This document shows, in pieces, positions 48,300 to 61,952 of a stretch of 64,000 nt of DNA. The position numbers were made by a program, and so were the translations under genes. The stretch is from positions 59,396,001 to 59,460,000 of the forward strand of contig NC_135804.1 in the NCBI RefSeq assembly GCF_964213995.1. Direction: 5' to 3'. The stretch's first letter is position 1. Each line of letters starts with the position of its first letter. The notes beneath the pieces were generated by a model. The model worked only from the letters and a program-made list of their open reading frames with translations. It did no database searches and was not told the DNA's origin. This DNA is from Mustelus asterias. Taxonomy: Eukaryota.

Positions 48300-51153
48300 C
48301 TTTAAAGTAAAAACGTTTATTTATTAGTCACAAGTAGGCTTAGGTTCACACTGCAATGAAGTTACTGTGAAAATCTCCTAGTCGCCACATTCCGGCCCCT
48401 GTTCGGGTACACTGAGGGAGAATTTGGCATGGGCAATTCACCTAACCTGCGCATCTTTGGACTGTGGGAGAAAACCGGAGCCTCAAGGAACAAATACTGT
48501 GTGTCCTTGATAGGTATGTCCCTGTCAGGCAGGGAGGAAAGGCCGAGTGAGGGAACCATGGTTCACAAAAGAGGTGGAATGTCTTGTAAAAAGGAAGAGG
48601 GAAGCTTATGTAGGGATGAGGAAAAAAGGTTCAGATGGCTAGATTGAGGGTTACAAGTTAGCAAGGAATGAGCTGAAAAAGGGCCTGCGGAGAGCTAGGA
48701 GAGGGCATGATAAGTCCTTGGCGTTGGATCAAAGAAAACCCAAAGGCTTTTTTACTCTTATGTGAGGAATAAAAGAATGACCAGGGTGAGGTTAGGGCCG
48801 GTCAAGGACAGTCGTGGGAACTTGTGTATGGAGTCAGTAGAGATAGGAGAGGTGATGAATGAATACTTTTCTTCAGTATTCACCAAGGAGAGGGGCCATG
48901 TTTTTGAGGAAGAGAAGGTGTTACAGGCTAAGAAGCTGGAGGAAATAAATGTTCGGAGGGAGGATGTACTAGCAGTTTTGAATAAACTGAAGGTCGTTAA
49001 GTCCTCTGGGCCTGATGAAATATATACTAGGATTCTTTGGGAGGCAAGGGATGAGATTGCAGAGCCTTTGGCTTTGATCTTTGGGTCCTCACTGTTCACG
49101 GGGATGGTGCCAGAGGACTGGAGAGTGGCGAATGTTGTTCCTCTGTTTAAGAAAGGGAAGAGAAGTGACCCTGGTAATTATAGGCCGGTTAGTCTTACTT
49201 CGATGGTTGGTAAGTTGATGGAAAAGGTCCTGATGGATGGGATTTACGACCATTTAGAAAGATGTGGATTAATTTGGGATAGTCAGCACGGATTCGTGAA
49301 GGGCAAGTCGTGCCTCGCAAATTTGATTGAATCTTTTGAGGAGGTAACTAAGTGTGTTGATGAAGGTAGGGCAGTTGATGTCATATACATGGATTTTAGT
49401 AAGGTGTTTGATAAGGTCCCCCATGGTCGGCTTATGATGAAAGTAGGGAAGTGTGGGACAGAGGGAAAGTTGGCCGATTGGATAGGTAACTGGCTATCTG
49501 ATCGAAGACAGAGGGTGGTGGTGGATGGAAAATTTTCGGATTGGAGGCAGGTTGCTCGCGGAGTGCCACAGGGATCAGTGCTTGGTCCTCTGCTCTTTGC
49601 GATTTTTGTTAATGACTTAGAGGAGGGGGCTGAAGAGTGGATCAGTAAACTTGCTCATGACACCAAGATTGGTGGAGTAGTGGATGAGGTGGAGGGTTGT
49701 TGCAGACTGCAAAGAGACATAGGTGGGATGTAAAGCTGGGCTGAAAATGGCAGATGGAGTTTAACCCTGATAACTGTGAGGTCAGTTAACTGTTAACTGT
49801 TAACTGTTAACACAGTTAACTGTGTGGGGGTAGGGCCTGGGTGGGATTGTGGTCGGTGCAGACTCGATGGGCCGAATGGCCTCCTTCTGCACTGTAGGGT
49901 TTCTATGATTCTATGATTCTAGGTGATTCATTTTGGTAGGACAAACTTAAATGTGGATTACAGGGTCAAAGGTAGGGTTCTGAAGACTGTGGAGGAACAG
50001 AGAGATCTTGGGGTTCATATCCATAGATCTCTGAAGGTTGCCACTCAAGTGGATAGAGCCGTGATAGCGTTTATTAACAGGGGGTTGGAGTTCAAGAGCC
50101 GTGGGGTTATGCTGTAACTGTACAGGACCTTGGTGAGACCACATTTGGAATATTGTGTGCAGCTCTGGTCACCTCACTATAAGAAGGATGTGGAAGGGCT
50201 GGAGAGAGTGCAGAGGAGATTTACCAGGTTGCTGCCTGGTTTGGAGGGTAGGTCTCATGAGGAATGGTTGAGGGAGCTGGGGCTGTTCTCTCTGGAGCGG
50301 AGGAGGTTGAGGGGAGACTTAATAGAGGTTTATAAAATGATGAAGGGGATAGATAGGGGCGGCACGGTAGCACAGTGGTTGGCACTGCTGCTTCACAGCT
50401 CCAGGGTCCCGGGTTCAATTCCCGGCTCAGGTCACTGTATGTGTGGAGTTTGCACATTCTCCACGTGTCTGCGTGGGTTTCCTCTGGGTGCTCCGGTTTC
50501 CTCCCACAGTCCAAAGATGTGCGGGTTAGGTTGATTGGCCAGGTTAAAAATTGCCCCTTAGAGACCTGATGCGTAGGTTACAGGGATTAGCGGGTAAATA
50601 TGTGGGGGTAGGGCCTGGGTGGGATTGTGGTCGGTGCAGACTCAATGGGCCGAATGGCCTCCTTCTGCACTGTAGCGTTTCTATAAAAAAAAGATAGAGT
50701 GAACGTTCAAAAACTATTTCCTCGGGTGGATGGAGCTATTACAAGGAGGCATAACTATAGGGTTCATGGTGGGAGATATAGGAAGGATGTCCGAGGTAGG
50801 GTTTTTACTCAGAGAGTGGTTGGGGTGTGGAATGGACTGCCTGCAGTGATAGTGGAGTCAGACACTTTAGGAACACTTAAGCGGTTATTGGATAGGCACA
50901 TGGAGCACACCAGGATGACAGGGAGTGGGAGAGCTTGATCTTGGTTTCAGATAAAGGTCGGCACAAGATCGTGGGTCGAAGGGCCTGTTCTGTGCTGTAC
51001 TGTTCTATGTTCTATGTTCACCCGGAGGAAACCCACGCAGTCACGGGGAGAATGTGCAAACTCCACACAGACAGTGAACTAAAGCCTGGAATCGAACCTG
51101 GGTCCCTGGCGCTGTGAGGCAGCAGAGCTAATCACTGTGCCACCGTGCCGCCC
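48300..51153 (-). mobile_element. HE1-related SINE split by a CR1 insertion (48300-48480 + 51019-51153)
   Basis: Joining ...aaaccggag to cacccggaggaaaccc... restores the SINE core. Confidence 0.8.
48481..51018 (+). mobile_element. CR1/HER1 LINE (same subfamily as 21918-24055) with two nested HE1 SINEs (about 49783-49920 and 50357-50692)
   Basis: 323-aa RT ORF highly similar to the 459-aa ORF; SINE at 50357 flanked by gatag duplication. Confidence 0.94.
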
Positions 51154-54100
51154 GAGTTTTGTACATCAAGAGTAACACTTTTTGCGATCTCAGTTTTGAA
51201 CACAATTGTTAATCCACTGCTTTCTGTTCGTTCATTTGATAATACCTGCCAGATTTAATTTTTGCTGGTCAGTTGTGCTGGTTTTTTAATTTTGTTATTC
51301 TTTCCATTTGGGTCCGTTTTCGTGCGGGCGGTGAGAGAGAAGGGCCAGCACCTGGATCTAACTAAGCTGTCGATTATCAAATCCAGGCAGTGTGCGGCCG
51401 AGGGATCGTCTGTCCCGACAGTCTGCTCCTCTACCGTGGCTATTTTCGCTGTCAGGTGTCCCTGAAAATGGAGCACACCGTGCCCACCGGCAGCACTGAG
51501 GCCTTCTGCACTCAATGGGCACCGGGGGACTGAGGTGTTTTACCGATCGATCCCTTTAATCACATTACCTCCTCTTTGATACCTGATAACGTTGATGCAA
51601 TACCCTTCTCATGGGTTGCCTTTTAATTGATCCTTGAACTTGTTTATTTGATGAACGTAAAAGTAACACACAACATTGCTGTTGGTGTCTTCAAGCTTCC
51701 TTTTCATTTGGATGCAAATGTGGGTTCCTTCCTGCCATCGTTTATTACCTTTGCCTTGCCGCCGATCTCAGAGTCAGAAAGTCTTAAATTTTCGTCTAAA
51801 TACATTTTCATTGGTGTTTACTTTGTGTAAATATTTAACAACGGAAAGGTTTGTGTTCTGATTGGTTGTTCCATTTTTATTTCAAATTTTGAGTACATGT
51901 TTGCTGCAACATTCATCTTCCCGTTGCGCTGGGTAAGTCAACAAATGTCTTCATTAAACTCCGGGTCATGTTTTACAGGGTGAACTGACAACGGTACCAT
52001 AATGGGAGGCTGTAGCAGATACTATGTGGATTACCGTCATCCTTCAGAGCTCTCATCAATGCAAAAGCCTACCGCCTTTGAACACATAGCGCACAAAAAG
52101 GAGTATCAGTAAAATTTAAGTTAATGATTTTAGATTCGTTCTCCACTGGCGCATTCATATCAATGATTTTAATTGCAGACAGGGGGTCAATCGCCCCAGG
52201 CACTGGGTAACGCTGCGGCAATTCGTCAGGCTCGATGACCAGCCATCTTGAACATTTTATCTGTTTATCAATGACCTTCACCTCATTGTAAAGTTAGGAA
52301 TAATGATGTTCGCTAATGCTTGTTAAATACTAATGTTTCTTCGCAGTTCCTCGTATAATGCAAGTCCTATGGACGTATGCAGCAAGGCCTCGTCAACTTC
52401 CGTATATTCACACCGGAGAGATGCCAGGCAATGACAATCTCTCACATGAAAAAGGACAACTCTCTCATTTTGATATTTATTGGGACTTCCATCATTAAGC
52501 CCCCACCATTAAAATCGCGAGATCATATGGGATTGTAGTTCCCATTACTCAGAAATTAATTTAATTAGACCACTCATATAAATGCAATCGCGACAGCAAC
52601 ATGCCAGAGGTTAGTAAATCAGCAACGGGTAACTCGCCTCCCCAAAATCTGTTCCACCGTAAACAATACCAATTGACACATGGTGGAATGCTCTGAGTGC
52701 GTGGACAATTGTATCGCAACAATATATAGGAAGGTTGTAAGCAACCAGGACCAAGCAGGCAGCTAATTTATATGGCTGCAGCGTACACCATCTAAAAGCA
52801 AGTACATTTCATTACAACAAATTGCCAAGAGTGATTCGACTTAAAAGGGCAAGGAACATAGATGTGTGGGAAAAACATCACCTCTAATTTCCACTGCAAG
52901 TCACACATCACCTTGAGAACTATCACCCTTCCTTTAGTGATAATGATTCAAAATTATGGAAGTTGGTGCCTGCTGCTGCCAAACGAACAACCCCTTGCCC
53001 CTAGACGCCCCACAGCGCCTCAGTGACCTCCAGTTCCATCGGCGTGAACCTCGCATCTGGGGACCAGCTGTGATTCTCGCTGGAGAGATGCACTCCCAGC
53101 GAGACCACAGAGGTACCTAATGATAACGTCCGGGCTCGTTAATTCAATGCAACATGCATTATCATTTAATTTAAATGATTTATTCACCCTTGCAGCGGAA
53201 ATGGGCAAGAGCATGACCTCGCCGGATATCCGGTGCCAGTATAATTGCAAGTGATATTGGCGAGATATCGGGCGCAAACCTGATTTCCTGGCTCTCTCGC
53301 AATCTTACCTGTTCACTCCGCCCACCGGCTTGTGGGGCACAACGGTATGATCGCCCCCCAAGTGTCAGATCAAGCGAAAGATAAGGTTCAATGCTTCATC
53401 TTGGACGTGGTTTGTCTCTCCTGTGGGGACCATGAATTGGATTCAGTCGGATTCTCATTTGGTTTTTGCAGCAAGCAAGGAATGGATTTTGGTCTGTCTG
53501 GTCTTCTCTGAGCATTGACTTTGCAACATTAAGAATGGAGTAAAAACACAGAATTTAAAAAAAAACGAATGAATCAGCTTAAATGTTACCAACTGAAATA
53601 TTTAAATATGGCAAGATGCAATTCTTAACTGCTAACATATATCTATTTGTTCCAATTTTAAAAGGATTCCTCACAGACTTAAACGCCTCTTTAAAATCAG
53701 ATGGCAGTATTGCAGGCTTAGGAGCTGGTTGGTTGGCTGCCCAGCCTCAAAGTTTTGAAGACTTCTGCAGATTGAGAGACAGAATTACACCTGTCTTCTG
53801 ACACTCAAGCAGCAGCCTCAGAGAGAAACAGAGAGTTATCTTGCTTCTTTCAAAGCCAAGCCAAGCCCACCTGATTTTTCCAGTCCATAGCTGAACTTTA
53901 AATATACCCAACTCAAGAAAGATGACGTAAATCAATTTCTTAAAGGTACAGTATCATCACACAATCCCTTATAAAATGACCCAACAATGTTAAAAGATGG
54001 CTTCTTTTTCAAAACATCGAGTTTCATACGATCAGTTCTCTACAATATATATATTTTATTAAATCGAACCATGCCACAATAACAGTGGTATAATCGAGTT

Positions 54101-56937
54101 CAGTGAATATTTTCCAACATTGACATTCCTTCTCCTTTCATCGAAGTCATGATAAAGCATCAGCAATAGCAGACTCTCTTCCTGTCACACGCGTAATTTT
54201 CAAATTAAGTGGCTAAAATAATAAATTCCATGGACAAAGTCTTGCATTCTCATCTTTAAATTTCTCCAGAAACGCCCATGTATTATTGTTAGTGAAAGCA
54301 ATTGTCTCTGATGAATTGATGGCAATATAAATGTTAATATGTTGCCATGCCAATGCCAGGTTCAACGTCTCTTTCTCAGTGGTTAAATATTTCTTTAGAG
54401 GATTATTTAGCTTTCTGGAAAAATACCCAATAGGCCTTTCTATCCTTTCATCGTCTTCTTGGAATAGTACAGCACCAGTGCCGACATCACCCCCATCAAT
54501 AGCCACCTCAAAGGGTTTTGCGTAATTCAGTGTTGTCAATACAGGTGCAGTTGTGATCACAACTTTCAGTGTGTCAAATGCCTACTGACGCTCAGCCATC
54601 CACAGCAAATTTCAGGGTTTTTTGAAAGCTTTTCAATGCAACCACAATGCTAAAACTTGGCACACATTTCCTGTAGTAATCACTTAGACCCAGGAATTGC
54701 AGTACTTCCCTTTTCATCGACAGTTTTCAGAACTCCCCCATAACCTTTGCTCTTACGTTCTGTTAGGGCCATCTATCTATCTATCCGATTTTATGTCATA
54801 GGAACATGAGTTAGGCTTTTGCAAATACAATCTGAGCCACGTTTGCCACCAAGTGCACTTCTTCAAGTTGATCAAACAATTCCTTTAGATGTTCCAAGAG
54901 TTCCTCCAAAGTCTGACTGAAAAGCACCAGATCATCTATGTATACTGCACAATTTGTTAGTCCAGAAATGACCTTATTGGATAGTCTTTGGAATTATGCT
55001 GATGCATTCTCCATTCCAAAATGGCAAGACTTCAAACTAGCACAGATGATTTGCTGTCACGTCAGCTGAAATCTCCTTCACTCTTCTGGATAATGATACT
55101 TACCAGTATGCTTAAGTAAGTCAAGTTTAGGGATGCCATTCACTTGTCCCACCTTCATAATGCAGTCTTTCAATCGAGGAATGGGATACAAATGTAACTT
55201 CATATCTGCATGATGTTTCTATCGTCGACACACAAACGTTTGGTACCATCTGGTTTTGGCATCATCACGATGGGGGAGCTCCACTCACTACAACACACAA
55301 CGCAATGTAGGAAATGCTGTTCCAATTAAGCAACATCTGTCTAGACTAAATCCACTAACGTTGGCATACATTCAAAAGCAGATTGAAAGGATGCTTAAAA
55401 ATGATACCATTGCCTACATCTATCCCATGCACAATTACTTTAGTACTTCTTTGTTTATTCCCACATCTATCACCATGTAATTGTCATAACACTTTGAGAT
55501 CATTTTGATCTTTCTCGGGAACATGCCTTCATAGTATTTTTTATATATTTTGAATGCTCCCTTATTGTTCAATCTACTTTGAGGAAGGCAGAATTCAGAA
55601 TCACCTGGGATGGTTTCTTCACCCTAAGCTATATTGGATATTACATCCTCCTTCTTCTCACCTCTCCTCTCAACATGCCTTTTGAGCATATTCACATGCC
55701 ACACTCTGTGAGTCTTCCTTCTATCTGGTGTACAAATTAAATTATTCGCCTGACTCAATTTTCTCTGTAGTTGATAACGCCCACTAAACCTTGCTTCTAA
55801 TGGCTCACCTACCACTGGTAATATATTAGTACTTTGTCCCCCATGAGCAGTATTACCAATTTTTGATTTCTTTTCGGTTTCCTATTTCATGCTGTGCCAC
55901 TTTAAAATGCTGTCTAGCCAAATCACCAACACTTGTGAATTTTTTTCTGAAATTTGACACGTACTCCAAAAATATGGTCTCAAAACACCGAATCATCAAT
56001 TTCCCCTTTATCAATTTAAATGGTTCTCTTACCTGATGACCAAAATTGAAATTAAAACTGAACTTAGTTGATTCATAAGATTTATCCCGAATTGCACAAA
56101 TGATAATTGTAATTCCTTCATCCCAATCCTCTAAACAGACCTGACTCAAGGCACTCAACGTGGTCTTTAAACTTTAGTACCACCGTTACAATGCTCCCTG
56201 TGATTCTGGATGGTACAGAATTGATTTAAACTGCTTTACTCCTGAGTTATGCATAGCACCCTGAATATCTTCGACAAAAAATTTGACCATTGATCTGATT
56301 AGGTTTTTCTGGGTAGTCGATATCTGGTAAAAAAAACAAGTAACTCCCTTACAATCCTTTTAGCTGTAATACTACATAATGGAATGGCCTCTAGAAATCT
56401 CGTAGGCACATCCATTATGGTCAAGAAATATTAATTCCCACCTTTTCTTTTCGATGGGAGGGAGTCCCACGCAATCAATTAGGATCCTCATAAAGGTTCC
56501 TCAATTGTCAGAATGGGCGTCGAGGCTTGATTACCCCTTAAGGTTTTTCTATTACCTGACATGTGTGACATCAATGCAAAATTCAGCTAAGCCAATAAAA
56601 ACGTTTCTGTAGTTTTGTTTGAGTATTTCTCACTCCTTAACGATCTCCTACTGGTACCTCTTGTGCTATCTGCAACACCTCCTTTCTATAACTTACTGGT
56701 AATACAACTTGATAAACATTATTCATCTCCCTGAATATGTAAAATTCTCCACTTCCTCATCAACATTTAATTTTTAATGTAATAACACTCTAATATTCAC
56801 TCAGATTCTTCCTATGTATATGCGTTCTCATGCAGCTCCCTTATCTCTACATCTTTCTATTGCAATTCCTCCAACATCCCTGACCTAAAGTTATCTACTT
56901 CGACCTCCGTATCTACTTTTTTTTATGGTCAAGCATT

Positions 56938-58045
56938 GGCCTGGATTCTCCCATCGCCACCCGCAGCTTTTCTGTCGGGCCGTAGAAATGCGCGTCACCG
57001 GCCTTGAACAGGAATTTGCGCATGTGCTGGGAACGCATGCGCATCTCCCAGAGCCGGCGAGCAGTCGCAGGACAGACCGCGGTAAGGCAAGTAAGTAATT
57101 TAAATATTTATGAAATATGTTTAAAATATGTTTATTAGTTCATTATCAGGACCGTTCAGGTCCCGATCGAATCTCCTACCCGCCAGGAGTACTTGATGCC
57201 GGCGGGGTTCAGACTAGCTCCCCACGTTCGGGGAACTAACGGGAGACCCCGCCGGAATGAAGGGGGAAAACGCGGGACCCCCCAGGCGGTCGGGCAGCGC
57301 GGGGGGAGGGGGGGGGTGGGGAGGTGCACCTGGACATGGGCACCCTGGCAGTGCCAGCCTGTGCCCCCGGCACTGCCCAAGGGACAAAGTACCCATGCCT
57401 GGGCATTGGGCAGTGCCAAGGGAGAGGGGCCTATTTTGGGCGGGGCCTAAGGGCGATCGATGGGGTGGGGGGTCCCTGTCGCACTCTGCAGACAGGATCG
57501 GTCTGGGATGAAAGGAGGGCAGCGTTTGGGGCAAGCTGGGGGGCGTGTTCTGCTGGGGGGGGGGGGTTGTCTCCGGTGGGGGCCTGACCCCGGAGGGGGT
57601 CGGGAGTGTCTTCCGGGGTGAGGAGGGTTGGGGGATCGCCACTGCTGGGGGGCTTGTGCATCGGGCGCTGGGGGGGGGGCGGGGCGGAAGGGGGGACGGT
57701 CCGGACTGGTCAGGAAATTGTTGTGAGGGCCACGATCGGGCCATGGGGGGAATGGGGAATTGGAGGGGTAGCACTGCGGAGGTCCCGGACTGGCCAGCGA
57801 TCGTGTTGGCCAGCAAACGGGGAGTCTGACAGATCGGGACCACTGCGAATTCGCTGAGTTCTGGAGCTATCAGATTCCTGCGCGAACAGGCCGCGCCCCC
57901 CTGGGTTTTTAATGAGATTCACGACTGGGACCTCTGCAGTGAGCAGATTGCGGGGAATCAAGTGAGAAGCTGAACTGACAAAGCAGCCGTGATTTTGAAC
58001 AGTTTTCCTACCAATTCAGCACTTTTGGGAGAATCCCCCCCCCTC
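56938..58045. mobile_element. GC-rich non-autonomous Harbinger-type element nested in the Gypsy element
   Basis: Terminal inverted repeat ggattctccc / gggagaatcc; no coherent coding sequence. Confidence 0.7.
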
Positions 58046-59944
58046 CCCCCCGCCCCCCAATTACTTCTTGACTTCAACATCTTTATCGTAACTGTGTTTT
58101 CTCCTCCTGCCTCAAAATGTGACTTTGTGACCTTGTTATCACACGGTTGGGAAACATCCCATCATATGATTCATGCAACAGCTCAGTTTGATTTTCCACT
58201 GGCTTTTCAACTACAGTAGGCATTGCTGTCCCCCAGCTACATCGTTAGGCAGCATAAACTGTATTCCTGAAAAGGATAATTTCTTTGTTACTCATGTCAG
58301 CACTTCAGTTTTTTTCACCGGGCTTTCCAAGCTTAACTTAAACAATGGAACACAACTCTTTTCACAATGAATTCCATATATAACCAACTTTCCCGGCAAT
58401 ACTCCTTCTAAACTACATCTCTGCTCATCACTCACCATTAAAGATTGACTTGTCCCGTATCTCTTAAAACCTGAACTCATTTACATGCTTCTTCTTGTAC
58501 AGATAAATAAGTCTTGTACACTCAAGTAAATTATTCAAGGAGACCTGGTACTCGCTTATCAACCAACCCCTGAGCATGCTTTACATCATTTTTCACCTGT
58601 TTATCTTCAACCATGATTTCCTTTACCACTTTAACAAAACCCACTGACTTATCCTCCATCTTTTTACTAAAATTGCGATTCAAACTCTCATTTCCTTCCC
58701 ACATCTGTCTTCCCAAAGCTGTTCTTAAGCCACCAACACTGTTATTTTGTGTGTCCAAATTTATTACGAGACATCTGCGGCTTTTCATTTCTCTTCTATC
58801 CTCATATGTTTCCTATATAATCTGAGGTAGGCTATCTTTACTATCGCCAACGAGATCTCCTTTGCCTTCGCCACCTGAGAATTTCTCTTTTTGCCAGTTC
58901 TTATCCCACGCAGATTAAAATCTTTGTCAAAAAATAAACATTCATTCACGAAACAATGGAAAATTATCTGCCATTTTTGCTTCTACTCTTGCAGTTTTAC
59001 TCATTTTGATTTCTAACATTTCAAGTTCAAATTTTCATTCCACTTGCTGATGTCCTAATGCTCTCTCTTTGTTCTATTTCCTCTTGCAGTGCTACTCCGT
59101 GTTTTTCATTTTTGCTCTGCCAGGGCTATTCGGTCCTTTTCCTTGACTTCCATCTCTCTATTTTCTTCCCTGGAATTGCCACTCTCTCTCTATCTTTTTA
59201 TTAAAATTGCTATTCAAACTGTCTCATTTCCTTCCCATGTTGTAACTGTCTCAGTTCTTAGTTCTGGTCAAGCTGTTTCATTATAATTGAATTTTAGCCA
59301 TTTCCAATGAATTAGACTGTGTTGCTGGCAGATGCAAATGTTGAGCTGTCACTGAAATTATCTCTGCATTCCCCACCACTTCACATATAGTCAATCCCAG
59401 CTGCACTGCCAATTCCAAAAGCTTTGTTTCAACAGTTTTGGCAAACCACTCCGAGTGACCTCTTCCACACCCAGGAAAACGTCAGCCACTGAAAGAGTTA
59501 TTATTCCACAAAACACTCCCTATTTATACTAACTGTATGCATCATCTAAAAAAAAACCTACCAATACTTAACGCCCACTGTCTTCGTGTTTAATAATCCT
59601 CAGAAAAACAAAGAATTATAATTTTTAATCTCAACCAAGCCCCCAATTTTGTTAGGGACCAGAGCAGAATCCCCAAGGTATATTTTGAAGTTAGACTAGA
59701 CCACAACTATTTTTATTTTCGTATTAGTGTGAGGACAGTTTGCTCAACTTCAGGTGTGATTCTATTGCGAGACGAGGAAGATTTAACAAAACAAACTTTA
59801 TTTTAACAATACAGTCTAAATATGATGAATGAATTAGCTTTCAAACCTTTGAATGCTTCTGGAGATAGAAAGATAGAAAGACAGCTGTCTTCTGATACTC
59901 AAACAGCAGCCTCCATAGAGAGAGGGATCTCTTTATAGTTATTC

Positions 59945-60260
59945 TTTGTTCATTCGTGGGACATGGGTACCACTGGTTTGCCAGCGTTTATTGCCCTTGT
60001 TCAGAGGGCAGTTGAGAGTCAATAACATTGCTGTGGGTCTGGAGTCACATGGAGACCAGACCAGGTAAGGATGGCAGATTTCCTTCCCTAAAGGAGTTTA
60101 GTGAAGCAGATTGTTTTTACCAAAAATCGACAATGGTTTCACGGTCATCAATAGATTCTTAATTCCAGCTCTTTCTTATTAAATTAAAATTCCGCCTGCT
60201 GTGTTGGATTCAAACTCGGGACGCCAGCATTTTAAATGCGCTGCTGGATTAATATTTTAC
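59945..60260 (-). mobile_element. SINE family B inside the 5' LTR
   Basis: Reverse complement of the family body. Confidence 0.75.
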
Positions 60261-60654
60261 CGACAGTATCACTAATCAATCGCTTGCTTCTTTCAAAGCC
60301 ACGAAGAAACCAGCTGTTTTCCTCTGTGAACTCAGCTCCTCTCCTTCACATGCCTTTACCTCTGTCAATCAACTTAATCAATCCCTACTCTGAAGCCCAG
60401 GGGAAGAACAACATAATCAAAAATTAATTAGCTCGGATAAAAGCAAACGCCCCATTATGTAGGATCAATTATTCTCCTCCATTCTCAGCATGGACCTGCT
60501 TGGTATGATGACAGATCAGCACGAGGTAATGCGGAGTTGGATTTTAAGCATACCCTTCACAAGAAGAATGATATAAATACCTTTTTTAAAGGGACAGTAT
60601 GATCACAGCTTTGAGCTCTAGTCCGTTCCCTAGAAAAGCACATCAGCTAGATCA

Positions 60655-60980
60655 GAGATCATAGAATCACTACAGTGCAGAAGGAGGCCGTTCGGCCCAT
60701 CAAGTCTGCACTGCCAATAATCCCACCCAGGCCCTATTACCGCAAACCCACATATTTACCCTGCTAACCCGCCGACACTAGGGTCAATTTAGCATGGCGA
60801 ATCCACCTAACCGGCACATCTTTGGACTGTGGGAGGAAACCGGAGCACCTGGAGGAAACCCACGCAGACGCAGGAAGAATGTGCAAACTCCACACAGGCA
60901 GTGACCCGAGGCCAGAACAGAACAGGGGACCCTGGTGCTGTAAGGCAGCAGATCTAACCAGTGTGCCACCATGCCGCCCC
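60655..60980 (-). mobile_element. HE1-type SINE
   Basis: Full-length head, core and tail. Confidence 0.9.
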
Positions 60981-61809
60981 AAGCTAGTCCGTAAGTTCTA
61001 TGTATTATTTGAACTCAAATATTACTCGTTATCCATTTAGGCAAAATGAAACAGATTGGTGAAATGACTTGGAAAATCTTTAATAAATTGCAGATGTCCA
61101 AATATTAAAAACAAGGTAGGACCTGACTGCCATAGTATGGCTCTTGATTTTTTGATCAGCCTTGGGTACAGGTTGACTCTAAGTAGCGCCATGCATTCCA
61201 TACAGAATGTCAGTGTATGGAGATTGCATGCAGCACATGGGTGTCAGGACAACACGGAACTCCCGACACATGGTCATGCATGCTGAAAACGTACAACCAG
61301 TATTAACACCTGATAATTTGTTCCCCTCCTGAGTCAGAGAGCAGAGGCATGACAATATTTGAGAGGATTGGTTAGAGGGCTAATCTTTTAATGTTTAAAA
61401 ACCACACAAGGCAAAAGAAAGATACATATTATGCATTTGAAAAGTTCGCTTTGTCATGTAGCTGTTCGGAACTATAATGTATTTTATACTGTGTTGTTTA
61501 AGTGCATTCCTGATGTAATGTTGATCCTTACAAACCTCAGTGATTACTTCAGATGATGTAGGGAAGTTTATTGCCGTAGTTGATATATTCACGCCTTCGA
61601 GAAGGTAATGTGAACTATGTCTCTGACAGGTATTGCAGAATCTAGTGTAGATTGAACACCTGCAAGTAATGTTCCAAAAATGCTGGCACATCACAACTTT
61701 AACTTGGTTTCTTAAAATCACTGAATTCTTTTGAGGTTTTGACGCAGGCACAGAGATCATAAGAGAAGAGTCAGTCTACCTGTAAAATGTATAATTAATA
61801 TATCCAAAC

Positions 61810-61952
61810 CTTCCCTTCATTTACACTCCCTTCATCTCCTCTTCCTTCCTCTTCCCTCATTTCCCTCCCTTTTCCTCCCCTTTATACCCCTCCCCTCATT
61901 TCCGCTCCCCTCCTTTCCTGTTTCCTCTCCTCCCCTTTATATCCCTCCCTTA
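61810..61952. repeat. Pyrimidine-rich (CCT/CTT) low-complexity tract
   Basis: Direct inspection. Confidence 0.8.

Larger units (their letters stand above)
53422..60607 (-). mobile_element. Degenerate Gmr1-like Gypsy LTR retrotransposon
   Basis: 5' LTR 60607-59650 (TG...CA), tRNA-Pro-like PBS tgggggct, integrase fragments (56158-55624, including a GPY/F-like ARFSGRY), then RT (SEWSSPIV...DGTKRLCVD), then RNase H (54560-54213). 3' LTR begins at 53961; its far boundary is uncertain. Confidence 0.85.

Noticed and set aside
57156-57961. Many overlapping Pro/Gly-rich ORFs
   Set aside because: By-product of a GC-rich non-autonomous transposon.
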